From Blastocystis sp. Blastoise (Eukaryota > Protista > Bigyra: Opalinata): a stretch of 64,000 nucleotides of DNA. Positions 1 to 12,417 of this stretch are shown piece after piece. Every line of letters begins with the position of its first letter. The stretch's first letter is position 1. The stretch spans positions 62,001-126,000 of the forward strand of contig JBBPEB010000021.1 in the NCBI GenBank assembly GCA_039096225.1. The letters are read 5' to 3'. Below the pieces are notes generated by a model. The model was not told the origin of the DNA. It worked only from the letters and a program-made list of their open reading frames with translations, and searched no databases. A program made the translations under genes and the position numbers.

Positions 1-816
1 AATTTTTATAATCATGTATATATAGGATAGAAATAAGCTTCAGACATATATATATTATATGTATTATAATGATGTTACTTATATATATATATATATTATC
101 TAATATCTATTTTATCTATTTTTTATTGTGTTATATTTATTTATTATATTTATTTTGCTTAGTATTATTTAAGAATAAGATTATTCTAAAAGAATTCTTA
201 GAAAAACAGGAAAAATGAGTAACTATTAATATAGTTTTTATTAATTTTTTATAATTTTCTTTATAAAGCATAAAACAACTTAAGAATCTCTCAGACATTC
301 TCAGTTCATTTATTCACTAATATTAATATATGATTCGTTGATATAAAACATATTATAAAACAAAAGTTGTAAATTATGAATTATATCTTCATAAATAACT
401 ATACTAAATATATTTTTTGATTCTCCATTGCACTCTTATTAAAAATAAAAGATTATTGTATAAATATAACTAACAAATATATTTAATTGTAATAATAGTT
501 TATTAAAATAGCAATTTTCTTGTTTAATTAAGTCCGGAAATATGTTATAATTAAATAATTAAACTTAATAGACATATACAACACTTATATATTAATTTAT
601 ATTCAAATAGACTATTTTTAGTAGAGAACCAGAGAAAAAATTTAAAAATTTGTTAACCCCTGGAAATAAAAAAAATTATACAGACTTTTATTATAGGAAA
701 AAAAAGATTTTATAAAAGGGCCACCCTATGTTTGTTTTATGTAAAAAAATTTTGTATTTTGACATAAATCTTTTTATTTATTATCTATTAAAGCTTTTTA
801 TAAAGTTTTTAAAAAT

Positions 817-1365
817 GTAATTTTTATTATTTATATATCTTATATAATATAGGCTCTCTTTCTTCTCAAAATAACTACAAATATGGCTCCATTTGTCTGA
901 TTCTTTTCGAGCTAAACCATGGTGATAGAAACCCATCATGATCTTGATTTCTTGGTATTAAGGTATGTTTTTACATCATATTTTTATATATTAACTATTT
1001 TTATATTCTATAGCTAGTACGTGGTGTATCAAGTCCTCCTGATCTGGTCTGTATTCTTTTAAAGGTATTTATTTATGTATTTATTTTTTAAAATTAGCTA
1101 TTATTATAGTATATAGGTGGTTTCTGTCCTCTGGAAGCATTCCTATAAGGGTTACAAAGGTTTCTAAGGTATATTCTTATATATATATTAACTTTATAAT
1201 TCATTTTTATAGTTTTTCCTTTTCCTGTGCAAGTCTTAACTAAAGGTTCTTCAAAAAAGGTATATATTATCTAATAATATTATTTTAATATACTAATTTT
1301 ATATTTCTTTTTAGTTTTAGTCTTAATCGGGTAATGGAAACTAGGAGAGGCTAGTAGAAACTATA
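817..1365 (+). ncRNA. Putative spliced non-coding RNA with at least 5 introns and no ORF
   Basis: GT-AG introns at 817-852, 963-1013, 1065-1116, 1169-1212 and 1260-1314 (or 1320). Four donors are AAG|GTA. Exons are more GC-rich than the introns, and the spliced product has stops in all three frames. Confidence 0.5.
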
Positions 1366-2331
1366 TATAATTAAAAGTCTTGCTTATTCTTATATCTATA
1401 TATATATATATTATTATGTTTTTCTTGTTAGTTATTAAATTTTGTAATTATTAATAAATTGTTGTGTTTTTTTAAATTTTGTTGAAAATCACTGAAAATT
1501 CTTAAAAAAGAGGACAGTTTTTACACAAAACTATTCCCGTGAATATATTCTCTAATCATATGTCTGAATTTATCTTAAAAAAATTCTACAACAATTGGCG
1601 TTGATCTGCAAATAATATTTACGGGAATGCCTCATAGTGATGAAAATACTATTCTACTGTTGATTATTAATAGAAAGACAGAATACTCAATTCTCGTGTA
1701 TAAAATAAATATTATACAGTTAATTCAATCAAATCTATGATAATATTTTTTTATCATTATTAAATATATGAAAAGAAATTGTGATTATTCAAAAGAACCT
1801 TCTTTATAAACATAATAATAGTGTATTTTATGATTTGATGCCTTCCCTTAATATGCGTAAACATCATAGAACAGGAAACAAAAAGATAATCTTCATCTCA
1901 ATCACCTTCATTTATTCCAAATATGCAAAAATACTGTCCTACTCTATATACAGCCTCTGAAGATCACAAAAAGCAAATATTGAAGAATTATTACGTTATA
2001 TTATGAATCTATAAACAAAAATAATTTTTGACTCTTTAAAAATTCTGTTAAAAAACATTAACTAACTTTGTTTAATCCACTTTTCTCTAATTTATTAGCA
2101 TTTAATCAATATATATGCATTTCATAATTCTATGTATATATAAAAATAAATAAAAAATGAAGAACAAAAAAATAATTCATTTTCCAGTCAGATTCTGAAA
2201 AATTTTCAGACTTTTTGTACATATTTATTGTCATTATTATATTCCATTTATTGCCAATGAATGGAGATTGTCGCTTAATTACTATATTGGTGTTATTCAT
2301 CATATATATTCAGTCTTTATTATATTACAAC

Positions 2332-3675
2332 ATGACTTATAATCGTATGTCTCTATTGATTCGTGTTTTTACACCTATTATTCACTGTTATATCTATGTC
2401 CAACATATTTATATAACGTTTCTATCATTTATTATATTCTTTCTATCTATTTTGTTTTCATTTATTTTTTTTTTGTTCTTAGGTTCGTCATCTTTTGTTG
2501 TGAATATGTATAACTCAGCAATGGATCCAGAGTTATCTGCTGCTTACAATAACAAAAGTATATCTTCACAGAAATCACACTTTTCACTTTCTACATTATG
2601 GAATCAAAAGAATAGTTATTTCGAAAATGATCATTCTGAAACAACTTTGAATAATTCAGAAATCTATAGATTTGGAGTTTTTTCTTATTATCGTTTAGAT
2701 CATAAACATCCAACTTTATTTGAAACCAAATCTGCTTATCTTCCTAAAGACATCTATGCTAACCTTCCTTCTAATAAGACTCAGGTCTATTATTATCAAA
2801 AGAAATACGAAGGTGTTCCACGAGTTTCTTTCCGTAAATATCAAAGTCTTCAAGTGAATATTAATATATCTACACATTATTCTATATATGATTATCCTCA
2901 ATTTAAGAATCCAGAGCATCCATTTGATGACTATTTACTTGTAGGGTTTATTAAATCCTATTATACTAAGAAGTTCCATAGAGATGCTATTCGTCGTAGT
3001 TATTTACATTTAACGAAACATCCAGAAATTCAAAAACGAATAAAGTTTTATTTTGTTATAGGTTTTCATCCTACGGAACCTGATTGCGTTTCTCTATTAT
3101 TAGAAGAACAGAAGAAGCATAATGATTTAATAATCTTAAATATACAAGATTCATACCCTTTCTTAACTTTTAAAACTTTAATTACTGAAGATTTCTTTAT
3201 GTCATTTCACCCTAAAACACCGTTTTATCTCTCAGGAGATGACGACGTTTGTATGGATATTCCGAAAATATATTCTCTTCTCAATTCAACTATACCTAAA
3301 AATGTATATTTTGGAAAGAAATTAAAAGGAAAAGGAGATATATTACTTTATGGTAAACATTCATCATCTTTAGAAGCTTTACCTGTACAAACAGAGTTTG
3401 CTTACGGTCCTGCCTATATATTATCTACAGATGTACTGGAATGTCATATTCAGAATATCAGACAACTACCTGCATTCACACACGTAGATGATGCAGAAGT
3501 TGGCTATTTGTCACATATTTGTGGAGTCAATGTACATTCTGTACCTAATTGGCTAGGAAATGCGAAACCATTAGTTAATAATGAAGTATTAAAAAAGAAT
3601 TACCCATATACTATAGTTCATACTGTCTCTACAGCTATTCAAATCAAACGTGTTTGTACTGCTTTCGCGGATTAA
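2332..3675 (+). CDS. GT31-family beta-1,3-galactosyltransferase-like type II membrane protein
   Basis: Motifs RDAIRRSY, FVIG, EQKKHNDLI..IQDSY..LTFKT, DDDV, GPAYILS.DV and DDAEVG; hydrophobic N-terminus. Start is uncertain (ORF open from 2215; a small 5' intron is possible). Confidence 0.85.
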   Translation: MTYNRMSLLIRVFTPIIHCYIYVQHIYITFLSFIIFFLSILFSFIFFLFLGSSSFVVNMYNSAMDPELSAAYNNKSISSQKSHFSLSTLWNQKNSYFENDHSETTLNNSEIYRFGVFSYYRLDHKHPTLFETKSAYLPKDIYANLPSNKTQVYYYQKKYEGVPRVSFRKYQSLQVNINISTHYSIYDYPQFKNPEHPFDDYLLVGFIKSYYTKKFHRDAIRRSYLHLTKHPEIQKRIKFYFVIGFHPTEPDCVSLLLEEQKKHNDLIILNIQDSYPFLTFKTLITEDFFMSFHPKTPFYLSGDDDVCMDIPKIYSLLNSTIPKNVYFGKKLKGKGDILLYGKHSSSLEALPVQTEFAYGPAYILSTDVLECHIQNIRQLPAFTHVDDAEVGYLSHICGVNVHSVPNWLGNAKPLVNNEVLKKNYPYTIVHTVSTAIQIKRVCTAFAD

Positions 3676-4357
3676 ATAAATTGAACCCTTTTCTTTATAT
3701 TATTTTGAATCCCTATTCTTCTATATTATAATTGATATTTTTATTCATTTTTGTCTCTATTTTTGTTTAATAAATATTATATATATGTGTATTTCATTTG
3801 TACCTTAATTGTGAAATTATTAACTTTATTATTCTCTATTTGAAGCAATGTCCATCTGTTATTCAATGAACCAAGTTTTGTTATATATGCTTTAGTCATG
3901 TTTACATATAAATCATTTTCTTTATTTTACAAATCATATATTCAAAAACTAATGTTTAATAGTATATTGAATAAATAACTTGAATGTATAAGAAGACCAT
4001 GAATTCCAGGAGAGATTTTATTAGTCATTGATCATAATCTATTTAATTTAGACTCTACACTACAAAACTATAGTATCTCTATGAAAATAATAATAATTAA
4101 ATCATATTCAATAAATTCACATGCTATTCTGACTCTAGAATACTCTATCTAAGCTAACAAATTTATAACCATAGCTTAGAAATAAAAATTATATGATGAA
4201 TAAAACAAATCAAGCCTTAATAGAATAAATATCCCAAAGTGAATAGTATTCATGAATATTTCTTGATTTAAAGCACGTTTTTTTCTTTTTTTTAGAAGAA
4301 AATCAAATCTATATCCAAATTTTTCTTTTTGAAATACATTCTTATTTATTATATATT

Positions 4358-5472
4358 ATGGTGAATATAGTCCCTTTATTACCTTCTATAAGTTATCATT
4401 GCTGGAGTCCTGATAGAACTTTGATTGCAATATGTCCAAATAATAATGAAGTCTGGATATATGAAGTTCATGGAAGTATGGATCCTCAGAAATGGACGAA
4501 GCGTGATGTGATTCCTGCTCATGATATGAAGATTACAGGACTTGATTGGTCAGCTACAAATGGAAAAATATTGACTTGTAGTGAAGATTGTACAGCTAAC
4601 GTTTGGAAATATGAAAACAATAAATGGATTTGTGAACCTTCTGTTTTAAATATTAATACTGCTGCTCTCTGTTGTGCTTGGTCTCCAAATGGACAAAAGT
4701 TTGCAGTTGGTTATAATGGAAAAGAAGGTATTTATTTTTTTATATTTGTGGAATATGGATAGGAATTATGATGATTATTTATTGAATATATATTATATAT
4801 TATATATTATATATATAATATATAATATATAATATATAATATATAATATTTATGTTATATATATCTAGTATGTATATGTTATTATGATTCTACTCAAAAT
4901 TTATGGGCACGTGCCATAGAACTCAAAAAGAAGGATAAAAAAGATAAAAAGGATGCCAAAGAGGGTGAATCGAAAAAGAAGAATAAAGCTAGTAGTGTTC
5001 TTTGTGTCACGTGGCATCCATCCAATCAACTTGTTGCTTATGGTAGCGTCAGTGGTGTTGTACGAATCGCAAATGCTTATATTCCATCTCTTGATGGAAA
5101 GTATATATATATATATATATTAGTGTTATGTTTATTATGATTATGATGATGATTATTATTATTTTATTATTATTTTGTTATATACTATAATAATAATAAT
5201 ATATATATATATATATATAGTGCTCAATATAGTCCCATTGCTACTCCTGCAAATGAATTATTAACTGTATATGTATCTTCAGAAAATAATGATTCTATTG
5301 AAGCTATTTGCTTTAATAATACAGTACTTACATGGACATGTATATATATATATATATAGAAATATTTTATAAATATCTTTATAATTATGCTAATTATAAT
5401 AATAATTATATATAGGTCATGATTCTACATTGAATGTTATGACTTTTGAAGGTAATCAACAACGTACACAAG

Positions 5473-5508
<36 letters not shown>

Positions 5509-5532
5509 TAATAATATTAAGTATAGTAATAA

Positions 5533-5612
<80 letters not shown>

Positions 5613-6081
5613 ATAATAATATCTATAGATGATTTATTGTCCTTCTCTTCCTTTAACTTCTTTGTTATTCATTAATCCCACGGTTATTCTTGCTTCAGGA
5701 TATGATTATATTCCTTATGTTTTTGGACTTGTTAATAATATTTGGTATATATATATATATTCTATAACTTATATACTATACTTATCATATACTCTATAAA
5801 AATATTCACTTTATATATATAGGGAATATATAGGTACAATTGATCGTTGCCCTCCTCCTCCTCCTGCTCCACGTGCTAAATCCCCCACTGAGGGATCTAG
5901 TATCTTCCAAAGATCCAAAGTAATTTATATTATTATTATTATTCTATTATTATTATTATATTATTATTTTGTTTTATATCATTATATTAATAGAAAGTGT
6001 ATATATATATATTAATATATATAGTTATTCCAAAATCGATTGATTGAACCCAAACAAACTGTCGATCCTGATGCTTATAAG

Positions 6082-6177
<96 letters not shown>

Positions 6178-6501
6178 TAATAATTACTATTATTTATATT
6201 TATACTACTAATAATACTCTATATTTTAATATATTCAGACATCATAAAAACACTATTATATCAATGTATCCAGTTTTTGGAGATAATATTTCTGTTACTA
6301 ATGTTTCTACTGCTAGTATTTATTTATATATATATATTATAGAGTTCATATTCATATATATTATTCTATTCATATATAATGATTATTTATATTAATTTAA
6401 TATTTTTATCCTATTTTCTTTATTATATAGGTTTAGATGGACGTGTTGTTTTATGGGATATTAAAAAGAATTGTGCTATATTCAAAAAAATACATATTTA
6501 A
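4358..6501 (+). CDS. ARPC1: Arp2/3 complex subunit 1 (p40, WD40), 8 exons
   Basis: HCWSPDRTLIAICPNNNEVWIY, HDMKITGLDWS, WSPNGQKFAVG, CHDST, HKNTI and STASLDGRVVLWD. All 7 introns are GT-AG and in frame. Confidence 0.93.
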
Positions 6502-7119
6502 AAAAAACTTTTTTTATTCGCTATTTTATTGTAGCTATACTTTTTATTTATTTTTTGTCATGAAACCTTTCAAGTTCATGAATATTCTCTTTTTTTATAT
6601 CATCTATATATTTATATTATTTGTATAGTGTTAGTAATAGTCTATTTTTCAATATATATTGTTTGAAATTCGTTTATTTTATTCTAGAATTAAGTTAAAT
6701 GCTGATTTGTGAATACTTATTGAATGAAGCACATACTATCTAGTCTCTGCAAAACACTGAATTCTTGTATTCTCAATAACATTCTTTTTCTTTTTCTAAT
6801 TACCCATATAATTATTTCTTTCTTATTGAATATATTCTAACATACTATTTCAAATCTATTAATGAATGTAATTTTCACTTATTGACTATTTAAACACACA
6901 ATAACAAGTATGCAATTTATTTCTGTCTTTGGATGTTTATTCATGATTTACAAAACTTTCCCATGTAAATTTCTCTTTTCTTCAGTTATTCTTGTATTTT
7001 ACCCCAAATACTTTCAGTATAAATTATTCTGTATCAGGTATTTTTGTGTTTTTAAAAGAGTAATTTTTCAAATTATTTATACTATTTTTAAAAGCCACTT
7101 TTATCACAAAACAATTAAA

Positions 7120-9029
7120 ATGCCCTATAACTTTGATGACTCCGATGATCTCGTCGATACTGCTAGACAATGGATTGAACAAGTATTGAAAATATCACTT
7201 CCTGAGAATGACGATGCATTTGCTGAATCTCTTAAGGATGGTAAGATACTTTGCCAACTCCTTAATACAATAAAACCAAATTCTGTTTCAAAAGTATTTA
7301 TAAAAATTCTTATATTTTCATATAAAAATCTATACATAACTATTTTCAAAATTTTTATGTATTAAAATACGTTCTTCTTTTTAGATCAATTCGGGAATGT
7401 CTTTATTTTTAAGAGAGAATATATCAAATTTCATTCGTGGAGAGCGTACTTTAGGTGTTTCTGAAGCTGATTTGTTTATGGTGAATGATCTTTTTGAATT
7501 AAAAGATTTTAAGAAGATTTGTCAGAATCTCATGGCATTAGGTCGTGTTTCTGCTACAATTGCTTCTTTTCCTGGTCCTTATATAGTTTCTGGTCGTTTA
7601 TCTGTAGTAAACACAAATGTTGTTCGTGAGAGTTTTATTGATACTTCGAATACTGCACCTCGTTGTTGTATATGTCATAAAACAGTTATGTTTACAGAAA
7701 AACTTATGGCTTTAGGTCAAATTTATCATAAGAATTGCTTTCAATGTATAAATTGCCATGAAATTATTGCTCCAGGACAAAATTTAGATCATGATAATCA
7801 ACCTTATTGTCAAAAATGCTATCATCGTATTTTTAATAAAGTATTTTTTTTTATAATGTTAATTATGATTTTTTTATTTTATTGATTTCTAATAATATAT
7901 TTTTTTATTATATATATAGTTAAATAATACACTTCCTATTGAAGAACCTAAAAAAATAGTATTAGAAAATAACTCTTCTATAACTAATTCAAATTCTCTT
8001 TCTGTAGATAATAATAATAATATTGATAATAATAATATTAATAATAATAATATTGATAATAATAATGCTAATAATAATAATATTGATAATAATAATGTTA
8101 ATAATAATAATATTGATAATAATAATGTTAATAATAATAATAATGTTAATAATATGAATTCTCTTCATACTTCTTTTGATACTTCTATACCTATTTCTTC
8201 TTCTATACCTACTAGTAATATGATGAAACTAAGTAATGCATTCTTAAGAAATACTAGAAGTGGTAGTATGAATGATTCTAATTCTAATAATTCGAATAAT
8301 GTAATTAAGTCTACTAATGTAATTAATTCGAATAATTCGAATAATGTAATTGATTCGAATAATGTAATTAATTCAACTAATCTAATTAATTCAACTAATT
8401 CTTCTACTTCAAAATCTATATCTATGTCTTCTATTTCATCTCCTTCTGTTTCTATCAATAATAATACACATACTAATGAACAACAAACTTCTAATTATAA
8501 GTATATATATATATATTTTAATATTATTCTTGTTTTTATTGTATATTTATCTTTCAATAAACTATATTTATATATCTATTCACGATAACAAATTTTTTAT
8601 GCCATTCTCTTTAGTACACCTCAACCAATTCCCATGATTAAATCCATTATTTCTGGAAATCCAAAATGTATTAAATGTGGAAAAACAGTTTATTTTGTAG
8701 AGAAATTAGAATATATGGGAAAAGTATATCATAAAAATTGCTTCACTTGCTCTACTTGTAATCGTTTACTTGCTAAAGGTATTTTATTGGATTCTATTAT
8801 TTTTATTATATTATGTTTATTATATTATTTTTATTATACTTATTATATTCTATTTATTTTTTTTATTTATAATATATATAATATTATATAATATTATATT
8901 TATAATATAATATTTATTATCATTATTATTCATATATATATAAATCTTCTTAATACTCCTATATATATAGGAGAACAATATGATCATAATGGTCTTCCTT
9001 ATTGTAAAAATTGTCATTCAAAATTATAA
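7120..9029 (+). CDS. Calponin-homology domain plus two LIM domains, 5 exons
   Basis: CH: WIEQVL..LKDGKILCQLLNTIKP..ENISNFI..DLFELKD. LIM1: CCICHKTV..YHKNCFQCINC..PYCQKCY. LIM2: CIKCGKTVY..YHKNCFTCSTC..PYCKNCH. Confidence 0.88.
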
Positions 9030-9898
9030 TCTCCTTTTTTATTACATATTTTCATCTATAAAATAGTTGCTTTTTTTTAGTATCACTTTCTTTATAGTTC
9101 TTATTTCTTTATTCATATTCCTATATATCTTTATTTCTTCTATACTGTATCTATGAAAAGATCAGTCTATAGTTCAATACAATAAATATTCATTCTTTTT
9201 TCCAATGCGCAGTTTTAAGTTCAATTCAATCAACTTCTTTATGGTTTCGTTTATTTATATATATTATCTATCTAATCTATTCATAAAGACTGTTTTTAAA
9301 ATAAATATATAAAGTCTACTCTATAAAAACACTTTTTAAGGCTTATTTTGAAATGATAGAAAATTGTAACTATTTCATAATTAGGATTCATTCAAATTTA
9401 TTCTTATAAATCTATGAATCTAAATATATGAAAAATTATAAAAATAAGGGACAATTGAGAATCAATTATTGATATATAGTTCATCTTGTGATTTATAGCC
9501 AATGTCGCATGCATCACATTTATCTTAAAAATAATATACTAACAATAAAATAATAAAAAATAACTTTTCCAAAACAATTAATTAATTACTTTATTTATTA
9601 AAAACAAATTATTGATAAAAACATAGAATATAAAGATTGATATAACTGACTCTATGCTATTTATAATAATAAAACAATTATTTGATGACAAATTACTCTT
9701 TTGATATGACAAATCTATTTTTCTATTTCTTTTTACAGAAAAAAGAAATTGATTATTTCCTTTCGAAGAATTTCGATTAGGAAAACAGAAAACATACAGT
9801 TTCTCAATTTTTATTTCATTTATTAAGGTATTTCATATATTATAATATAAAAACACATTTTTATTTTTCATTAGTGTGGTGTGCTCTTCTTGAAAAGA

Positions 9899-11988
9899 AT
9901 GAATGATAATTATTTTGATACCATAGATCAATTGGTGAACTCCGCACGTTCTGATTTTCAAAATGCTTCCTTGAAGGAATGCCTAGAAAAGTATATAGAA
10001 TTATAAAATATTGATATGAGTCTTGAATATAGATATGAGAAAGTGATTGATTATATAAAGTTGTGTTTGACTAAAGTAGATTCAAAAGAGAGATCACTAC
10101 TTGAAAGTTTACAAAGTGCTTATGTTTTTGAAATGAATTTTGTATCTGAAGTCTCCATTAAAAGTTATGAAAATCAACAGAATCAACTTGATTCTCCTTT
10201 AAGTATCCCTGAAGATAGCATTGTTCCAAAATTAAAAGGATATGGAAATGTATTATATAATAATCCGAATCCTCTTCATGGACAACGTACATTGTGTATA
10301 TATTTATATTTAATTATTTGTTTATATTTTATTTTTTTTTAATATTTAATTATTTTGTTTATATTTAATTATTTTTTTATATTTAATTATTTTTTTATAT
10401 TTAATTATTTTTTTAATATTTAATTATTTGTTTTATATTTAATTATTTGTTTTATTATAATTTATTATGCTTGAAATACAAATAGTTTTCTATTTATGAA
10501 TTATATATGTAGCAAGAAAGATATCAGAAAATTGTTCTGAAATATTAAAAGTTAGTGAAACAAAAGTATATATATATTTTAAATATATATATTTATATCT
10601 ATTTATTACAGAGTGTAATATAGAATAATTATTATATAGATAAAGAATTTTTTAGGTTTTTCGAAGAATAATTGTATACAGAAACGAATTGATGGCATAA
10701 AAGAAAATAATGATGAAGAAGAAAATAATAACGAAATTGTATGTTTTTTTAAAAATGTAATACATATTATTCAATATTTTAGACTCTATTTTATTATTCT
10801 TTATATATTTTATTGTATATATTATTATTTAATATATATATATAGCTTGATACAGCTGTTGACGACAGTATGACATTTATAAATTCAGTAAAAAGAAAAG
10901 TATTATATAAATCTAAAATATCTCCTCATTTTATTAATTCTACAAATTATGATAAACTGTCAACTGGTGCTACTACTGATAATGTTAATAATATACAGTC
11001 CGTTTCTGTAAATAATCAAGGGAATGAACTTTATAATCCTTTTATTTCTATGGAAAATGCTTCTAAAAGAATTCTAAGTGAAGAAAATTGTATGACATCT
11101 ATTGTTCAAGAAGAAGAAAAGAATAGTATTCCAGTGGAAATTAATGTTGTTCCTATAGATATAAATAGTAATACTATAAAGAATACGAATGAAGAAATTA
11201 AAGATAATAATGATAATAGTAACATTTCTGTAGAGATTATGACCTACCTCGACGTTTTACGCCTAGTTGCCGTTAAACTCGACTATAGAATTCTATTCGA
11301 ACGCAATTGACTTTTCGGAACAAAATTGAGTATTTAGCCAATCATTTTTAAATTAATATAGTCGAACTAAAATGATTCGCTAATTTTTTTACAGAATTCT
11401 ATTAGAGTTGACTAAAATTGAAATCGGTGTCCGCCATGGGCAACCGAGGGTAAGGAGCCTCCCCCAGAAAGTTTTTTCCTAAACCTTGAACCGCCAGAAG
11501 TACCCTTCAAACTGGCGCTTTTGAAAATTTTGTACCCCAGCAGAGTTTTTATGGCGAACCCTGCCCAAGAATTAATTGTATTCGAATAGAATTCTATAGT
11601 CGAGTTTAACGGCAACTAGGCGTAAAACGTCGAGGTAGGTCATAATCTCATTTCTGTATATAAAATATCATCGGTGATCGATTCAAATAAAGATAATAAT
11701 GATACTAGTATATATATGAATAATATAGATAATAATAATTCTTCTAATTCTCTATCTAATGAAATTGAAGAAGATATTAATAAGGATAGAGTTACACAAA
11801 CATATATATCTAATAATAAGAAAGAAGAAGAAAATAATGATTATAATAATAAAATAGATGATAATAAAACGATTAATGAAAAAAAAGATAAAGAAAAACA
11901 AATAAATAAAAAAGTAGAAATAATACAATCTGAAGAAGAAGAAGAAGAAGAAGAAGAAGAAGAAGATGGAATTGGAATTACTATATAA
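9899..11988 (+). CDS. Hypothetical protein with MIT-like helical N-terminus and acidic tail; last exon interrupted by a MITE
   Basis: Four in-frame GT-AG introns. Removing 11233-11658 joins ORFs 10870 and 11674 as ...NSNISVYKISSVIDSNK... Confidence 0.65.
11233..11649. mobile_element. Non-autonomous Mutator-like (MULE) MITE, 417 bp
   Basis: Perfect 69-bp TIRs (11233-11301 and 11581-11649) starting GAGATTATG, a 9-bp TSD ATTTCTGTA (11224-11232 and 11650-11658), higher GC than the flanks, and no transposase. Confidence 0.93.
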
Positions 11989-12417
11989 TATTATATCTAT
12001 ACTATGATATTCTTATTCAATTCATTTTTTATTATTATTATTTCTATTTTTTTTTGATTTCGTTTATTCTGTTTTTCAGTTGTATATATATATTTCCATT
12101 TTTCATAGCTATTTATATATATGTCTTTTATACGATTAATTATTAGTTATATAGTAATGTTAGTTGATATCATGTTTTGTTTTTTCTTGTAATATTTAGA
12201 TTTTTTAGTAATTTGTCATTTATATAATAACTGTTTCTTAAATGATTAAATGAATTTATAAAAACAATAATAAATAATAATTTAAATGTTTGCAAACTGG
12301 AATAAAAGAAATTTTTGCAAAAGTATAAAAAGTTATAAAGCAAAGCAATAAATAGATTAATAAATAAATAAATTAATAAATTAATAAATTAATAAATAAA
12401 TAAATAAATAATATTTA

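Noticed and set aside
26-218. Terminal exons of a gene entering from the left, with a possible AT donor at CAGAC|ATATAT
   Set aside because: The frame and identity cannot be fixed without upstream sequence.
1014-1064. Antizyme-like TCC-TGA +1 frameshift site, or Sec readthrough, in the spliced locus
   Set aside because: The +1 frame closes after about 24 codons with no antizyme similarity, and other frames contain TAA/TAG stops.
11412-11615. 67-aa ORF inside the MULE MITE (and the 63-aa ORF in the hAT MITE)
   Set aside because: Too short, non-ATG start and no transposase motifs.
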